Below, in pieces: positions 9,087-18,702 of a DNA stretch of 64,000 nt. The translations under genes and the position numbers were made by a program. The number at the start of each line of letters is the position of its first letter. Position 1 is the first letter of the stretch. This stretch comes from Polyangiaceae bacterium (GTDB taxonomy: Bacteria; Myxococcota_A; Polyangia; Polyangiales; Polyangiaceae). Location: the NCBI GenBank assembly GCA_965222375.1, contig CBDCTZ010000016.1:1600001-1664000 (forward strand), read 5' to 3'. Under the pieces are notes generated by a model. That model ran no database searches. It saw only the letters and a list, made by a program, of their open reading frames with translations, and had not been told where the DNA came from.

Positions 9087-11306
9087 ATGGAATCACGGAT
9101 AGGTATTGGTCGCGTGCTGAGCGTGGCCCTGGGCATTGGGGCGCTGTGTATCGGCGCAGCCACGGGCTGCGGTAGCGATGGCAGCAGCAGTACCGCAACC
9201 GGGGGAACCGGCGCGGTTGGCGCGACCGGCGGTGCCGGAGCCGCGGACGGCGGCGGCGGATTCGGAAACTTCGGTGGCAGCGCAGGCGCTGGCAACACCG
9301 GCGGTGCAGGTCCGTGTCCCGGCGCCACGCTCTGCGGCAGCAGCTGCACCAACACGGATTTCGATCCCGCGAACTGCGGCAGCTGCGGCAACGCATGCCC
9401 CACGGGTCAGTTCTGCTCCGCCGGCGTTTGCGGGCTCTCCTGCGGTGGTGGCTCCACTCTATGTACTGACAAGTGCGTGGATACCCAGAACGATCCCGCC
9501 AACTGCGGCGCCTGCGGCAAAGCCTGCGCAAGCGGTGAGGTTTGCTCGTCGGGCACTTGCGGCCTGACCTGCGTCGGCGGTTCCACGAAGTGCGATGACA
9601 AGTGCGTGGACATCAACACGGACCCTGCCAACTGTGGCGCCTGCGCCAAAGCCTGCCCGACCGGACAGGTCTGCTCCTCAGGCACCTGCGGGCTGTCTTG
9701 TGTTGGTGGAACGACCCTGTGCACTGACAAGTGCACCAACACCAATCAGGATCCGGCCAACTGCGGCTCCTGTGGCAACGTGTGCCAGGGCGGTCAGGTC
9801 TGTGACCAGGGCACCTGTGCCCTCAACTGCAGCGGCGGCAGCACCAAATGCGGCAGCGCCTGCGTGGACACGAACACGGACTCCGCGAACTGCGGCGCCT
9901 GCGGCAAGGTCTGCGGCTCGGGCCAGGTTTGCAGCTCTGGGACTTGTGCCAGCGTCTGCGGCGGCAGCCTCGCCAAGTGCGGCAACAGCTGCGTCGACAC
10001 TCAGTCTGACGTCGCCAACTGTGGCGCCTGCGGCAAGGCCTGCGGCCAAGGCGAGTTCTGCACCTCGGGCACTTGCACCCCGTGCAACAGCGCCACCACC
10101 GACTGCGATGGCGACGGCTGGCTCGCCTCAGAAGGCGACTGCTGTGACAAGCCTGGTGTGTGCGGCAACGAGCCCAATCTGGTCAATCCCGGCGCCCTCG
10201 AAGTGGTGGGTAACGGTATCGACGACAACTGCAACAGCTTGATCGATCTCTTCGACCAGCTGGACACTGTACCTTGCGACTCGAGTCTCTCGAGTAGCTC
10301 CACGGTTGCCGGTGATTACGCCAAGGCCATGGGGCTGTGCCGGACCACGACAGAGACGCCGGCGCAGAAGAAGGACAAGACCTGGGGTCTCATCTCGGCC
10401 CAGATCCTTCGCGCGGACGGCAGCGGTCTCAGTGATGCCCGAGCCCGCAGCATCCGCCCCAAGTTCGGCAACGGCAATGCCCCGGTCGAGGGCAGCGCCA
10501 TGGTCGTACTTTCCAGCGGGATCGCAGCGGATTCGACGCAAACCTCACCGGGGCCCAACGGCGGCGCTCCAGGCGGCTCCAATGTGTCCTCGACCCATGC
10601 GCCGGCGAGTTCGGTGAACATCTCGACCTGCACGAATCCGAACTGCATCAAGGATTGGTTCCAGACGGCGAACCCACCATTGAAGTCGGCCAACGCGTTG
10701 CCCGCCGCCCCCAACTGCGGCAGCGGAACTACAGGTCAGCCCACACTGGCCCGGGATTCCGTGATGCTGCGCCTCCGCATGCGTGCCCCGACGAACGTGC
10801 GAGCATTCTCCTTCAACTCGTACTTCATCTCTGCGGAGTACCCGGAGTTCGTATGCACGAACTACAACGACCAACTCGTTGCTCTCGTGAACACACCCTC
10901 GGGCACGCCGTCTCCCATCGCCAACCCCGTCGACAAGAACCTGATGACGTTCTTGGATTCGGGCGGCAAGAAGTGGCCCATCGGCATCAATGTGGCGGCT
11001 GGCACCAATCTGTTCGCGGTGTGTGAGTCCCAAGCATCGAATCCGGGCTGCTGGGATACGGACGTCGCGAGCACGTCATGTGCCTTGGGTATGAACGGGC
11101 TGCTTGGTACGGGCTTCGAAAAGTCCGGCACGTGCCTCATCGGTGGCGGTACCTATTGGCTCACCACTGCCGGCAACGTCATCCCAGGTGAAATCGTCGA
11201 TCTGCGGATCGTGATCTGGGACGTGGGCGATACCGTCTTCGACTCCGTCGCCTTGCTCGACGGCTTCAAGTGGCTCGCCAACGCAACCCTGCCCGGCACC
11301 GGCTGA
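9087..11306 (+). CDS. Cys-rich repeat lipoprotein with C-terminal choice-of-anchor L-like domain
   Basis: Lipobox ATG-C, Gly-rich linker, six ~43-aa C.D...D..NCG.CG..C repeats. C-terminal domain has SAEYPEF..YND and WDVGD..FDS. Confidence 0.85.
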   Translation: MESRIGIGRVLSVALGIGALCIGAATGCGSDGSSSTATGGTGAVGATGGAGAADGGGGFGNFGGSAGAGNTGGAGPCPGATLCGSSCTNTDFDPANCGSCGNACPTGQFCSAGVCGLSCGGGSTLCTDKCVDTQNDPANCGACGKACASGEVCSSGTCGLTCVGGSTKCDDKCVDINTDPANCGACAKACPTGQVCSSGTCGLSCVGGTTLCTDKCTNTNQDPANCGSCGNVCQGGQVCDQGTCALNCSGGSTKCGSACVDTNTDSANCGACGKVCGSGQVCSSGTCASVCGGSLAKCGNSCVDTQSDVANCGACGKACGQGEFCTSGTCTPCNSATTDCDGDGWLASEGDCCDKPGVCGNEPNLVNPGALEVVGNGIDDNCNSLIDLFDQLDTVPCDSSLSSSSTVAGDYAKAMGLCRTTTETPAQKKDKTWGLISAQILRADGSGLSDARARSIRPKFGNGNAPVEGSAMVVLSSGIAADSTQTSPGPNGGAPGGSNVSSTHAPASSVNISTCTNPNCIKDWFQTANPPLKSANALPAAPNCGSGTTGQPTLARDSVMLRLRMRAPTNVRAFSFNSYFISAEYPEFVCTNYNDQLVALVNTPSGTPSPIANPVDKNLMTFLDSGGKKWPIGINVAAGTNLFAVCESQASNPGCWDTDVASTSCALGMNGLLGTGFEKSGTCLIGGGTYWLTTAGNVIPGEIVDLRIVIWDVGDTVFDSVALLDGFKWLANATLPGTG

Positions 11307-11474
11307 GCAGCAAACCCAAGCTGACCGCGCGCTTGCGTGGACAATCCGACCGGCGGTGGCGCGAGCCCAGAGGCGCCATTGCCGGTCTTCTTTTCGTGCG
11401 ATTCGTTGGGGTGCGTCGATCATCCAGGGCACCCCTCGAGCGGGGGCCTCTGCGTTGGCAGGGTTCGGGTCGTT

Positions 11475-11522
11475 GTTTTGTTTGGGGTCGGGGCATTGGG
11501 CGACGCGGCAGCACTAATCTCG
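11475..11522 (+). repeat. Dispersed intergenic repeat, copy A
   Basis: GTTTTGTTTGGGGTCG..TTGGGCGACGCGGCAGCACTAATCTCG. Aligns by eye with copies B-G. Confidence 0.7.
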
Positions 11523-11583
11523 CTATTTGCGGCAGGGTTCGGGTCGGTTTTTGCGCGCCCGCGCCAAGTGTTAACTTCGTGGC

Positions 11584-11799
11584 ATGAAGTACCGGGGTTG
11601 CGCGGTTGGGGCGGTGCTCCTTCTGGGAGCGTCCGGTTGCGAGGACAAATCCAAGAAGTGCATGGAGGCCTGCGGGACGGCCCATGCGAAGTCGTTCGTT
11701 GAGTGTGAGGCGCTGGCCACCGACGACGAAAAGGACAAGTGCGAGAAACGCATCGACGAGGTGCACGACGCTTGCGAGAAGGCCTGCAAGAAGAAGTAG
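11584..11799 (+). CDS. Small Cys-rich lipoprotein
   Basis: 71 aa, LLLGASG-C lipobox, paired Cys, high-GC codon usage. Confidence 0.7.
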   Translation: MKYRGCAVGAVLLLGASGCEDKSKKCMEACGTAHAKSFVECEALATDDEKDKCEKRIDEVHDACEKACKKK

Positions 11800-11871
11800 C
11801 TGCTTCGCGGCATTGCCATGCTGCTTTCTACGAGGCGACATCTCGATCTCTTCAATCTTCAACCTCCGCTC

Positions 11872-12261
11872 ATGAATTCCTCAAGATCACGTACGAGTCG
11901 CTTGCCAATTCTTGCCTTGGCGTTGATTGTGGTGGGTCTGCTTGCCTGCAAGGGCTCTTCCAAAACATGTCGAGCCAAGTTGGATTGGCAGGGCAAGAGC
12001 TTCGAGGGAACAGGCAAGGGCGAGCAGGAAGCAAAAGGGAGCGTATGCCTCGGCTGGTGCGCGCACCACGATCCCGCTGTCGACGCCCTTTGGCGCAAGT
12101 GGAAGGCGACGCCAAGGGGAGCGAAGTCCAAGGACACCCGTTTCGGTGAAGTGTACTCCTGGGTTCCGGGTGGGAAGGCGACCTTGAACGAGTGTAAAGA
12201 TCGCTGCTTGCGGCATATTGCCTCGACCCAACCGAAGCCTGTGACGATCAGTTGCCCCTAG
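11872..12261 (+). CDS. Hypothetical lipoprotein
   Basis: LALALIVVGLLA-C lipobox and several Cys residues. Confidence 0.7.
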   Translation: MNSSRSRTSRLPILALALIVVGLLACKGSSKTCRAKLDWQGKSFEGTGKGEQEAKGSVCLGWCAHHDPAVDALWRKWKATPRGAKSKDTRFGEVYSWVPGGKATLNECKDRCLRHIASTQPKPVTISCP

Positions 12262-12390
12262 CTACATCCCACGCGCTCGGCGGAACTCCGCGCTGAAGCG
12301 GGAGCCAGCAAGACCCACCGAGTGCCGAAATTCCATGCTCCAATCCCAGCCTCGGGTGCTTCGGGCTTTGCGCCGAATGCGGGTGCAGCC

Positions 12391-12966
12391 ATGATGCGGC
12401 GCATGAGAGCGTATGGAATCGCAGCAGCCGTCGGATTGTGTTTCACTTTCGCCTGCGGCGCGCAGCAGCGTCCACCGGCCGAACCCCTCGCGGAGAACTG
12501 CTCCGGTGGCAGCGACGAGGATGGCGATGGCAAAGTCGATTGCAACGATGAAGACTGCGCCGCGGCCATCAACTGCCAGTCGGCGCGCGAGCATTGTTCC
12601 AATCTCGAGGACGACAATGGCGACGGCAAGGCCGACTGTGACGACCCACAGTGCCAGAGCTCACCTACGTGTCAGCCGTCCCGGGAGCATTGCTCCAATG
12701 CCAGCGACGACGACGGTGACGGCAAGGCCGACTGCGACGACGAAGACTGCAAAACCGCCCCCACCTGTCAGCCGAATCGGGAGCATTGCTCCAACGGGCA
12801 GGACGACGACGGTGACGGCAAGGCCGACTGCGACGACGACGAGTGCAAGGCGGCACCCACCTGTCAGCCCAATCGGGAACACTGCTCCAACGGCCAGGAT
12901 GACGACGGTGACGGCAAGATCGATTGCAAAGACGACGAGTGCAAGGCGGCACCGACCTGCCATTGA
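12391..12966 (+). CDS. Lipoprotein with five 32-aa Cys/Asp-rich (DxDxDG) repeats
   Basis: E.CSNG.DDDGDGK.DC.D.DC x5 and lipobox FTFA-C. Confidence 0.85.
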   Translation: MMRRMRAYGIAAAVGLCFTFACGAQQRPPAEPLAENCSGGSDEDGDGKVDCNDEDCAAAINCQSAREHCSNLEDDNGDGKADCDDPQCQSSPTCQPSREHCSNASDDDGDGKADCDDEDCKTAPTCQPNREHCSNGQDDDGDGKADCDDDECKAAPTCQPNREHCSNGQDDDGDGKIDCKDDECKAAPTCH

Positions 12967-13091
12967 GGGCGAGGGAGCCGGCTGCTGCCGCCTCCACCCA
13001 GGGACGCAAACTTGCGCCGTCCAGGTTCAGGATGTGGCTCCGGTGGCACCGCCACGGCTCATGAGAGTTGCCACGAGGAAGGGCCGGTCCG

Positions 13092-14156
13092 TCACGGCAA
13101 CCAAACGGTTGGATCCCCTCTGAGCACGGCGGGTGCACGCCCGAGTTCGTTGCCGTTCAGGCCGTCGACGATCAACGTGCCCACACCATCTGGAATCAAC
13201 AGCGTATCACCCTTGACCCCAATGGCGTGAATGATCGCCTCCGGCCCAGTCCAAGCCGTGGTCGGGGTGCCGCTGGATTTGTCGATCGCCAAGACAACGC
13301 CGGTATCGTCGCCGGGGTCACGGTTGGCGATGTAGACACGCTCGCTGCCCACCACCATGTACATGTTCTTCGGGTCGGCGGTGGGCAAGATCAGCGCGTT
13401 CAGGTCGATGGTCTGCGTGATGGATAGGTCTGCTTTGGCGATCTTGTGCAACTTGTAGACGTTCGTATCGAAGACCCACACGGCGTCGCTGCCGACTGCA
13501 AGCTCGCCATTGCCAGCAAACGCGCCGCGCGGGCCCGTGGGGTCCGCGGGGTTTTCTCCCAAGGGAACGCCGAGCTCGCGCATTCGCGTTGCGCGTGAAT
13601 ACTTCACCAAGCCGAAGGAGCTCCCGTAGAGCACATAGACGGAACTCTCGTCGGCGTCGATCCCGTCGAAGCGGTCGAGAAACTCCGCGTCCGCGGCTAG
13701 CGCCGTGGCCGTTTCCGTGACGGTGTCGAATACGACGGGGCCTGCATTGCTTCCGGAGTTGGCAAACCACACCTCGGTCCCCGCGAGGGTCGCATGGTCC
13801 AGAGTCACGGTGGAAGCCGGTGCGTCGAAGGGTCCGCGTAGGTTGCTGCCATCCGTGTTCATGCCGTAGATCTTGTCAGCCGACGTGGCCATCCACACGC
13901 CGGTAGCAGCGGATGCATCAAACGTGACGCTGGCGTCCGCAAAGCCCGCCATGATCGGAGCTGAGCCATCACCATCCATGGGCCAACCGATCTTCCCACC
14001 TTCGGTGAACACGGTTCCCGTGAACCCGGCGCTGCTGCCGCCGGTCCCGGCGCCGCCGCCGCCGGTCCCGGCGCCGCCGCCGCCGCTACTCCCGGAACAT
14101 GCCATCGACGTTGCCGATATCCAGAGGGAAAGAACAAGTGCAACGCTTCGCTTCAT
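13092..14156 (-). CDS. Lipoprotein, probable beta-propeller
   Basis: Signal peptide ending SMA-C, Gly-rich linker, repeated short beta-strand patterns (VWFAN, VYVLY, VWVFD, VYIAN). Confidence 0.7.
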   Translation of the reverse strand: MKRSVALVLSLWISATSMACSGSSGGGGAGTGGGGAGTGGSSAGFTGTVFTEGGKIGWPMDGDGSAPIMAGFADASVTFDASAATGVWMATSADKIYGMNTDGSNLRGPFDAPASTVTLDHATLAGTEVWFANSGSNAGPVVFDTVTETATALAADAEFLDRFDGIDADESSVYVLYGSSFGLVKYSRATRMRELGVPLGENPADPTGPRGAFAGNGELAVGSDAVWVFDTNVYKLHKIAKADLSITQTIDLNALILPTADPKNMYMVVGSERVYIANRDPGDDTGVVLAIDKSSGTPTTAWTGPEAIIHAIGVKGDTLLIPDGVGTLIVDGLNGNELGRAPAVLRGDPTVWLP

Positions 14157-14478
14157 GGGTCTCCTCGCGTGGTTGGGGTCACGACTTCTGACAAGGCGCC
14201 GCACACCTGGGCTGCCTCTCTTCCCCAGTTCCTTCATGAAGTGGGGACTGTGGCGCGGCGCTGGAGGTCGTTTCGACAATGGCGTTTTCCTCGATGGTCA
14301 ACCTGACACATCAGGGACGCCCTTGTTGTGAGCAGATCGCGATCCAAGCGTGATCAAGTGGCTTGACGCGATGCCGACGTGGGAGACAGGCTGGGGCGTC
14401 GGAGGCGCGGCGCGGGCGACTCTGTGGACGCGGCGGGCTCTCATGGGCCCAGAGGCGGCGGCCCCGCACCGCAGAATT

Positions 14479-14533
14479 CGAGAGTAGTGCTCCAGCGACG
14501 GCCCAACGCCGCGACCCCACCCCCAAACCAAAC
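14479..14533 (-). repeat. Dispersed intergenic repeat, copy B
   Basis: Minus strand GTTTGGTTTGGGGGTGGGGTCG..TTGGGCCGTCGCTGGAGCACTACTCTCG, 8 bp after the kinase stop. Confidence 0.75.
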
Positions 14534-14541
14534 TCCCGCGC

Positions 14542-16392
14542 TCAGCTTCCTCGAGTCGACAGCTCTCGCAATTGCCAAGCACTGACCTGCAACTGCAGCT
14601 CAGCTTGGTTTAGGGAGTCTCGCAGGTGGGCTGTGGAAAGGGCACCAGTGATGACGCTGCCCAAGCTTGCGACGATCAACAAGATGTAGCTCGGGGTTCG
14701 GGCTAGCTCAATGGCGTTGGGGCTGATGTGCATTCCGGCCGCATCAAAGACGTAGCGTGCGCCGCCAATCCCGAACAGTTCCAGCATCGCAGGGATCAAG
14801 ACCGCACAGACTCCGGCGATGATCGCAATCGCTCGTTGGCTGCGCTCGAGCACGAGCCCATAAGCGGCCGTGTTGACTGCGATCAGGGCGGGCATCATCA
14901 CGAGTGCGCCGAACAACGAGCTGGTGAACGCGAACGCGAGAGTGCTGAGCAGCATGCAAGCCAAGACGGCCCTCGGTGGAGCCATACGGGAGCGGGCGAC
15001 GCCCAAGACGCCCAACGCGGTCAGACCGGTCAGCACGTAGAGGACGATGATCGAAGTCGGGTCTCGCAGACCAGCCCAGAGAACGAGCGGCAGGTAAAGC
15101 AGCAAGCTCGTGTAGGCCACAGCGGCGCCACGAGCTCCTCGTCGGGTTCGCTCGATTCGCGCCTTCTCCATTGCTTCGGTCACCTCGTCGGGCACCGACT
15201 TCAGCGGCGTGCTCAGCAATTGAGCCAGGGTCTCCAGTGCCGTGCCAGATGTGGGATCTAGTGCCAAGGCGCGTCCCAACTCCCGCAGCGCAATCTTACG
15301 CGCCTTCAGGGAGTTGGCGCTGGCCGCCTCTGAGAGGTGCTTGGTTGCGCGCTGGATGTGCTGCGCCGCCAACTCTTTCTGCCGCTCGCGGTCCCGCTCG
15401 CCGTCCAAGAAGCGCTCGATGCCTTCGTGTAGCTCGCGGGCGGATTGCAGGCGTTTGTGTTCGCCGCGCCGAGTAGCTGCAATGCATAACGCGTCCAGTT
15501 CGGGGGCGATGTTTGCGTCCGGGCAGCGCTCGCGTGGGGAACCATGTATGCCCCTTCGGGTATCTTTGATCGCTTGGTCCGCACTGGAGACGTGTAGGGC
15601 CTGCCCGGTGAGGATTTCGAACAGGATCGCGCCCAAGGAATACACGTCGGATGCTGGGGTCAACGCGGCGGTGGCGTCCTCGAGCTGCTCCGGCGACGCG
15701 TAGCCGGGGGTACCAAGCACGTCGCCGATGCGCGTGACCCTGTGACCGTCCGGCGAGGGCGAAACTCCGTCGGGGCCCGAGTCTGCCGCGCCGACTTCGC
15801 CGATCAGGCGAGCCAAACCCCAGTCTATGACGGTTATCTCGCCGAACTTGCCCAGCATCAGATTGCCAGGCTTCAGATCCCGATGCAGTACCCCGCGCTG
15901 GTGCGCGTAGTCTACGGCCAAGCACACACGGGAAAGTGCCGCCAAGAGTCGGCGTTGAGAATACTCTTCGCGATAGCGTTCGGGGTACCATTTGAGTCGG
16001 CTCAGGACTTTGCGCAGCGTAATGCCCCGGACGCGCTTCATGGCGAATGCTGCACGCCCCTCCGCGTCGAGGCCCAATTCATACACCGAAGGCACCGCCG
16101 GGTGCTCGAGCTGACCTTGCAGTCGCGCTTCGCGCACGAAGCGCACTTGGGCGCTCGGATCGCTGACCTCGAGGCGCTTGAGAGCAATGTCACGCCCGAT
16201 CTGGCTGTCGTGACACTGGATCACCGTGCCCATGCCCCCCACGCCCAAGACTTCACCGAATTCGTAGCGGCTGCTGAGTGGGACAATCGCAGCCGCGCCG
16301 TCCAGGCGCACCGGGAGTTCTGGCGTGCTTGGGTCCGCCCCGGGTGGGCTCTCCGAGGCGGACGGGTGGTTGCGGTCCGTAGGCTCGTTCAT
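14542..16392 (-). CDS. Ser/Thr protein kinase with multi-TM C-terminus
   Basis: LGVGGMG, HRDLKPGN, DWG variant and GTPGYASPE. About six hydrophobic helices at the C-terminus. Confidence 0.92.
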   Translation of the reverse strand: MNEPTDRNHPSASESPPGADPSTPELPVRLDGAAAIVPLSSRYEFGEVLGVGGMGTVIQCHDSQIGRDIALKRLEVSDPSAQVRFVREARLQGQLEHPAVPSVYELGLDAEGRAAFAMKRVRGITLRKVLSRLKWYPERYREEYSQRRLLAALSRVCLAVDYAHQRGVLHRDLKPGNLMLGKFGEITVIDWGLARLIGEVGAADSGPDGVSPSPDGHRVTRIGDVLGTPGYASPEQLEDATAALTPASDVYSLGAILFEILTGQALHVSSADQAIKDTRRGIHGSPRERCPDANIAPELDALCIAATRRGEHKRLQSARELHEGIERFLDGERDRERQKELAAQHIQRATKHLSEAASANSLKARKIALRELGRALALDPTSGTALETLAQLLSTPLKSVPDEVTEAMEKARIERTRRGARGAAVAYTSLLLYLPLVLWAGLRDPTSIIVLYVLTGLTALGVLGVARSRMAPPRAVLACMLLSTLAFAFTSSLFGALVMMPALIAVNTAAYGLVLERSQRAIAIIAGVCAVLIPAMLELFGIGGARYVFDAAGMHISPNAIELARTPSYILLIVASLGSVITGALSTAHLRDSLNQAELQLQVSAWQLRELSTRGS

Positions 16393-16622
16393 GACACCGT
16401 GAGCATCGCTGCTGTCGCAGGCCGAGTCGACCCGCAATGCCGCGCGATTATGCTCAGCTCGCTAGCAGGCGTTTGGGAAACCGGCGGCCGAGGCCAGTCG
16501 GATTGTGCGGCTCCTGGGGAGTCCGACTCCCACCATGTCGCACCCCCCGGCGGCGGGCGGGTGGACGCCGCAGCAGTGAACAGAGGCGTGCGGCCGGTCC
16601 GATATTTGGCTAGAATGGGGGC

Positions 16623-17615
16623 GTGACTACCAAGCCATCTCTCAAGCGCGTGACCTCATTCTCTCTTCGATCCTGTCGGCCACTGGGGCTGGGCGTGAGT
16701 GCCCTGTTTGTTCTCGGTGCTTGCTCCAGCAGTGATCGCGAGTTCGAAAACAAGAACAAGGATGCTGGCTCCAGTGGTGGAACGGCGGGCAGTGGCGGCG
16801 GAACCGCGGGCGGTGGAGCTGCGGGTAGCGGTGCGACGGGCGGCAGCAGTGGCAGCGCGGGCTCCACGACCGGTGGCGCCGGAGGCGTGGCGGGCTCTGG
16901 GACCGGTGGCGCGGGCGGTGCAGGTGGCGCCGGGGGCGCCGGCGGTGCGGCGTGTACGACCTCGGACCCCGACTGCGAATGCGTTGGCGGCAAGGTGCAG
17001 GCCAAAGACGCTGACGGTGACGGTCAGGGCAGCATCGACTGTGCCGAGGCCCCGGGAACGGACTGCGATGACAACGACAAGAACTATCAGATCAACGCTT
17101 GCGGCGGATGCGCGAAGCTAACCGGCGTCCCCAACCAGCTATGTGGTCAGTGTGGGACCTGGGCCTGCGACGGCAAGGAAAAGCTCAAGTGCAGTGTTGC
17201 CAGCCCGGCGCCCACGCGTTGCGGCAACTCCACCACACCCGAACTGTGCGTAGCTGGCAATTGGGTTCCTCAAACTCAGTGTTCGGGCAAGCTGCCCGTG
17301 TGCTTGAACGCGAAGTGCGTGCAATGCACGCCCGGCGCGTTCAAGTGCAGCGCCTACGGTACCCAAGGCGATACGGTCGGCTACAAATGCTTAGCAACTG
17401 GCTCGTGGGAATCGAGCTGGAGCGTGTCCTGCCTCAAGTCCAAAGGCTTGACCTGCAACGTTGCCGCTGAGAAGTGTACGAGCTTGCTGCTGCCGCAGGA
17501 CCACAGCTTCGAGATACTGGATCCGAGCTTCAAGCGGTCGGAAGATCGCCTCGGCGAAGGCCTTAGGCCGACCCGGGACGTGCTCGACCTGGCGAGCGGC
17601 TTCGAGTTCGCCTGA
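16623..17615 (+). CDS. Cys-rich lipoprotein
   Basis: VLGA-C lipobox, Gly-rich linker, DADGDG..DCDDND metal-binding-type motif. Confidence 0.78.
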   Translation: MTTKPSLKRVTSFSLRSCRPLGLGVSALFVLGACSSSDREFENKNKDAGSSGGTAGSGGGTAGGGAAGSGATGGSSGSAGSTTGGAGGVAGSGTGGAGGAGGAGGAGGAACTTSDPDCECVGGKVQAKDADGDGQGSIDCAEAPGTDCDDNDKNYQINACGGCAKLTGVPNQLCGQCGTWACDGKEKLKCSVASPAPTRCGNSTTPELCVAGNWVPQTQCSGKLPVCLNAKCVQCTPGAFKCSAYGTQGDTVGYKCLATGSWESSWSVSCLKSKGLTCNVAAEKCTSLLLPQDHSFEILDPSFKRSEDRLGEGLRPTRDVLDLASGFEFA

Positions 17616-17625
17616 TAGCGCCGGA

Positions 17626-18648
17626 ATGCTCCTGATCGGCAGTCGGGCGATCGTCCACTACTTTCCGGACTTCCGCTCGCCCAGGGACTGGGACCTGTAC
17701 GGCACCACCGCGGAAATCGAAGAGCTGGCTCAGCGCGTGCCTCGGATGAAAGGCAAAGTGCCTCAGGACTACCGGGGGATCTTCGTCTACGACGATGCGA
17801 TGGTGGAGGTCGAGAACATCGAGGATTCCCCCGAGTGGGCGCGGATCTACGAGGCCTTCCGAGACGAGCCCACGATCGAGGAGCCGGTGCTCGGGACCTT
17901 GACCCTCGCGCCAGCGGCCTTCTTGATGCTGACCAAGCAGTGCGGGCTCATCTACGATATCAGGCACTGGCACAAGAACTTGGAGGACCTCTACTTCTTG
18001 CGGGACCGCATCACGAGCGTTCCCGACGTGGTCACTCGGGTGATGCCCCACGTCTTGGCGGCTTCGCGAAAGATGTTCGCGGACTATACTGCGGCTATCG
18101 CGAGGGCACGTGAGCCTTGCTACTCTTCCGACACGGAGCAGTCCCCGGATCCACCCAACGAGCTGCATGCGGAGCTGCACGAAGCGTTGGCGCACGGCGG
18201 CGCGCCGTTAGTGCACGAGCCAGGCGCTTGGCGAGCCTATCCCGACGTAGATCCGGCGGCGCGGCGCGAGAAGATGATTCGGCTGCTTGCTGAAGAGGCG
18301 CAAGTGATCGCTGGCGAGCAATTGCTCACTCGGGGGTTCGGCACCCAGGAAGAGGACGAGCGTGCTGCCGTGCGCTGGGCACTACGAGTGTTGATCACGA
18401 GCCGCTTGCCCGAAAGCTGGCGCTACTTTGGCGTCAACCACTACCGCGAGATCATGGCCGCGATCCCTCGTGGCTGGAGTTCGCATCTCGCGGAGCTATC
18501 GGTTCGCTATCCGCGTCCCGTAGACCCGTGCGGTCAATTCCTGGTCGATCTCGGTTGCGATGGTGACCAAGCGCTCACGGAGACGTGCGGGCAGGGCCCT
18601 CAGGCGCCTCACGCTGCGAGGCCCCCTAGACTGCGATTTTGCTCCTAA
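17626..18648 (+). CDS. Putative polymerase-beta-superfamily nucleotidyltransferase, phage-like
   Basis: N-terminal LLIGSRA...RSPRDWDL (GS..DxD). Later HW.K..D, H.ELHE and EE..VIA.E blocks recalled from uncharacterised phage proteins. Confidence 0.65.
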   Translation: MLLIGSRAIVHYFPDFRSPRDWDLYGTTAEIEELAQRVPRMKGKVPQDYRGIFVYDDAMVEVENIEDSPEWARIYEAFRDEPTIEEPVLGTLTLAPAAFLMLTKQCGLIYDIRHWHKNLEDLYFLRDRITSVPDVVTRVMPHVLAASRKMFADYTAAIARAREPCYSSDTEQSPDPPNELHAELHEALAHGGAPLVHEPGAWRAYPDVDPAARREKMIRLLAEEAQVIAGEQLLTRGFGTQEEDERAAVRWALRVLITSRLPESWRYFGVNHYREIMAAIPRGWSSHLAELSVRYPRPVDPCGQFLVDLGCDGDQALTETCGQGPQAPHAARPPRLRFCS

Positions 18649-18702
18649 CGTGGCAATTCGTGCTGCCGCAGTTCCCGAGGACTCCGCGGGGCCCCACGAC
18701 GC

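Noticed and set aside
11400..11445. Possible eighth, degenerate copy of the dispersed repeat (TTGGGGTGCGTCG..GCACCCCTCG)
   Set aside because: Similarity is too weak to call by eye.
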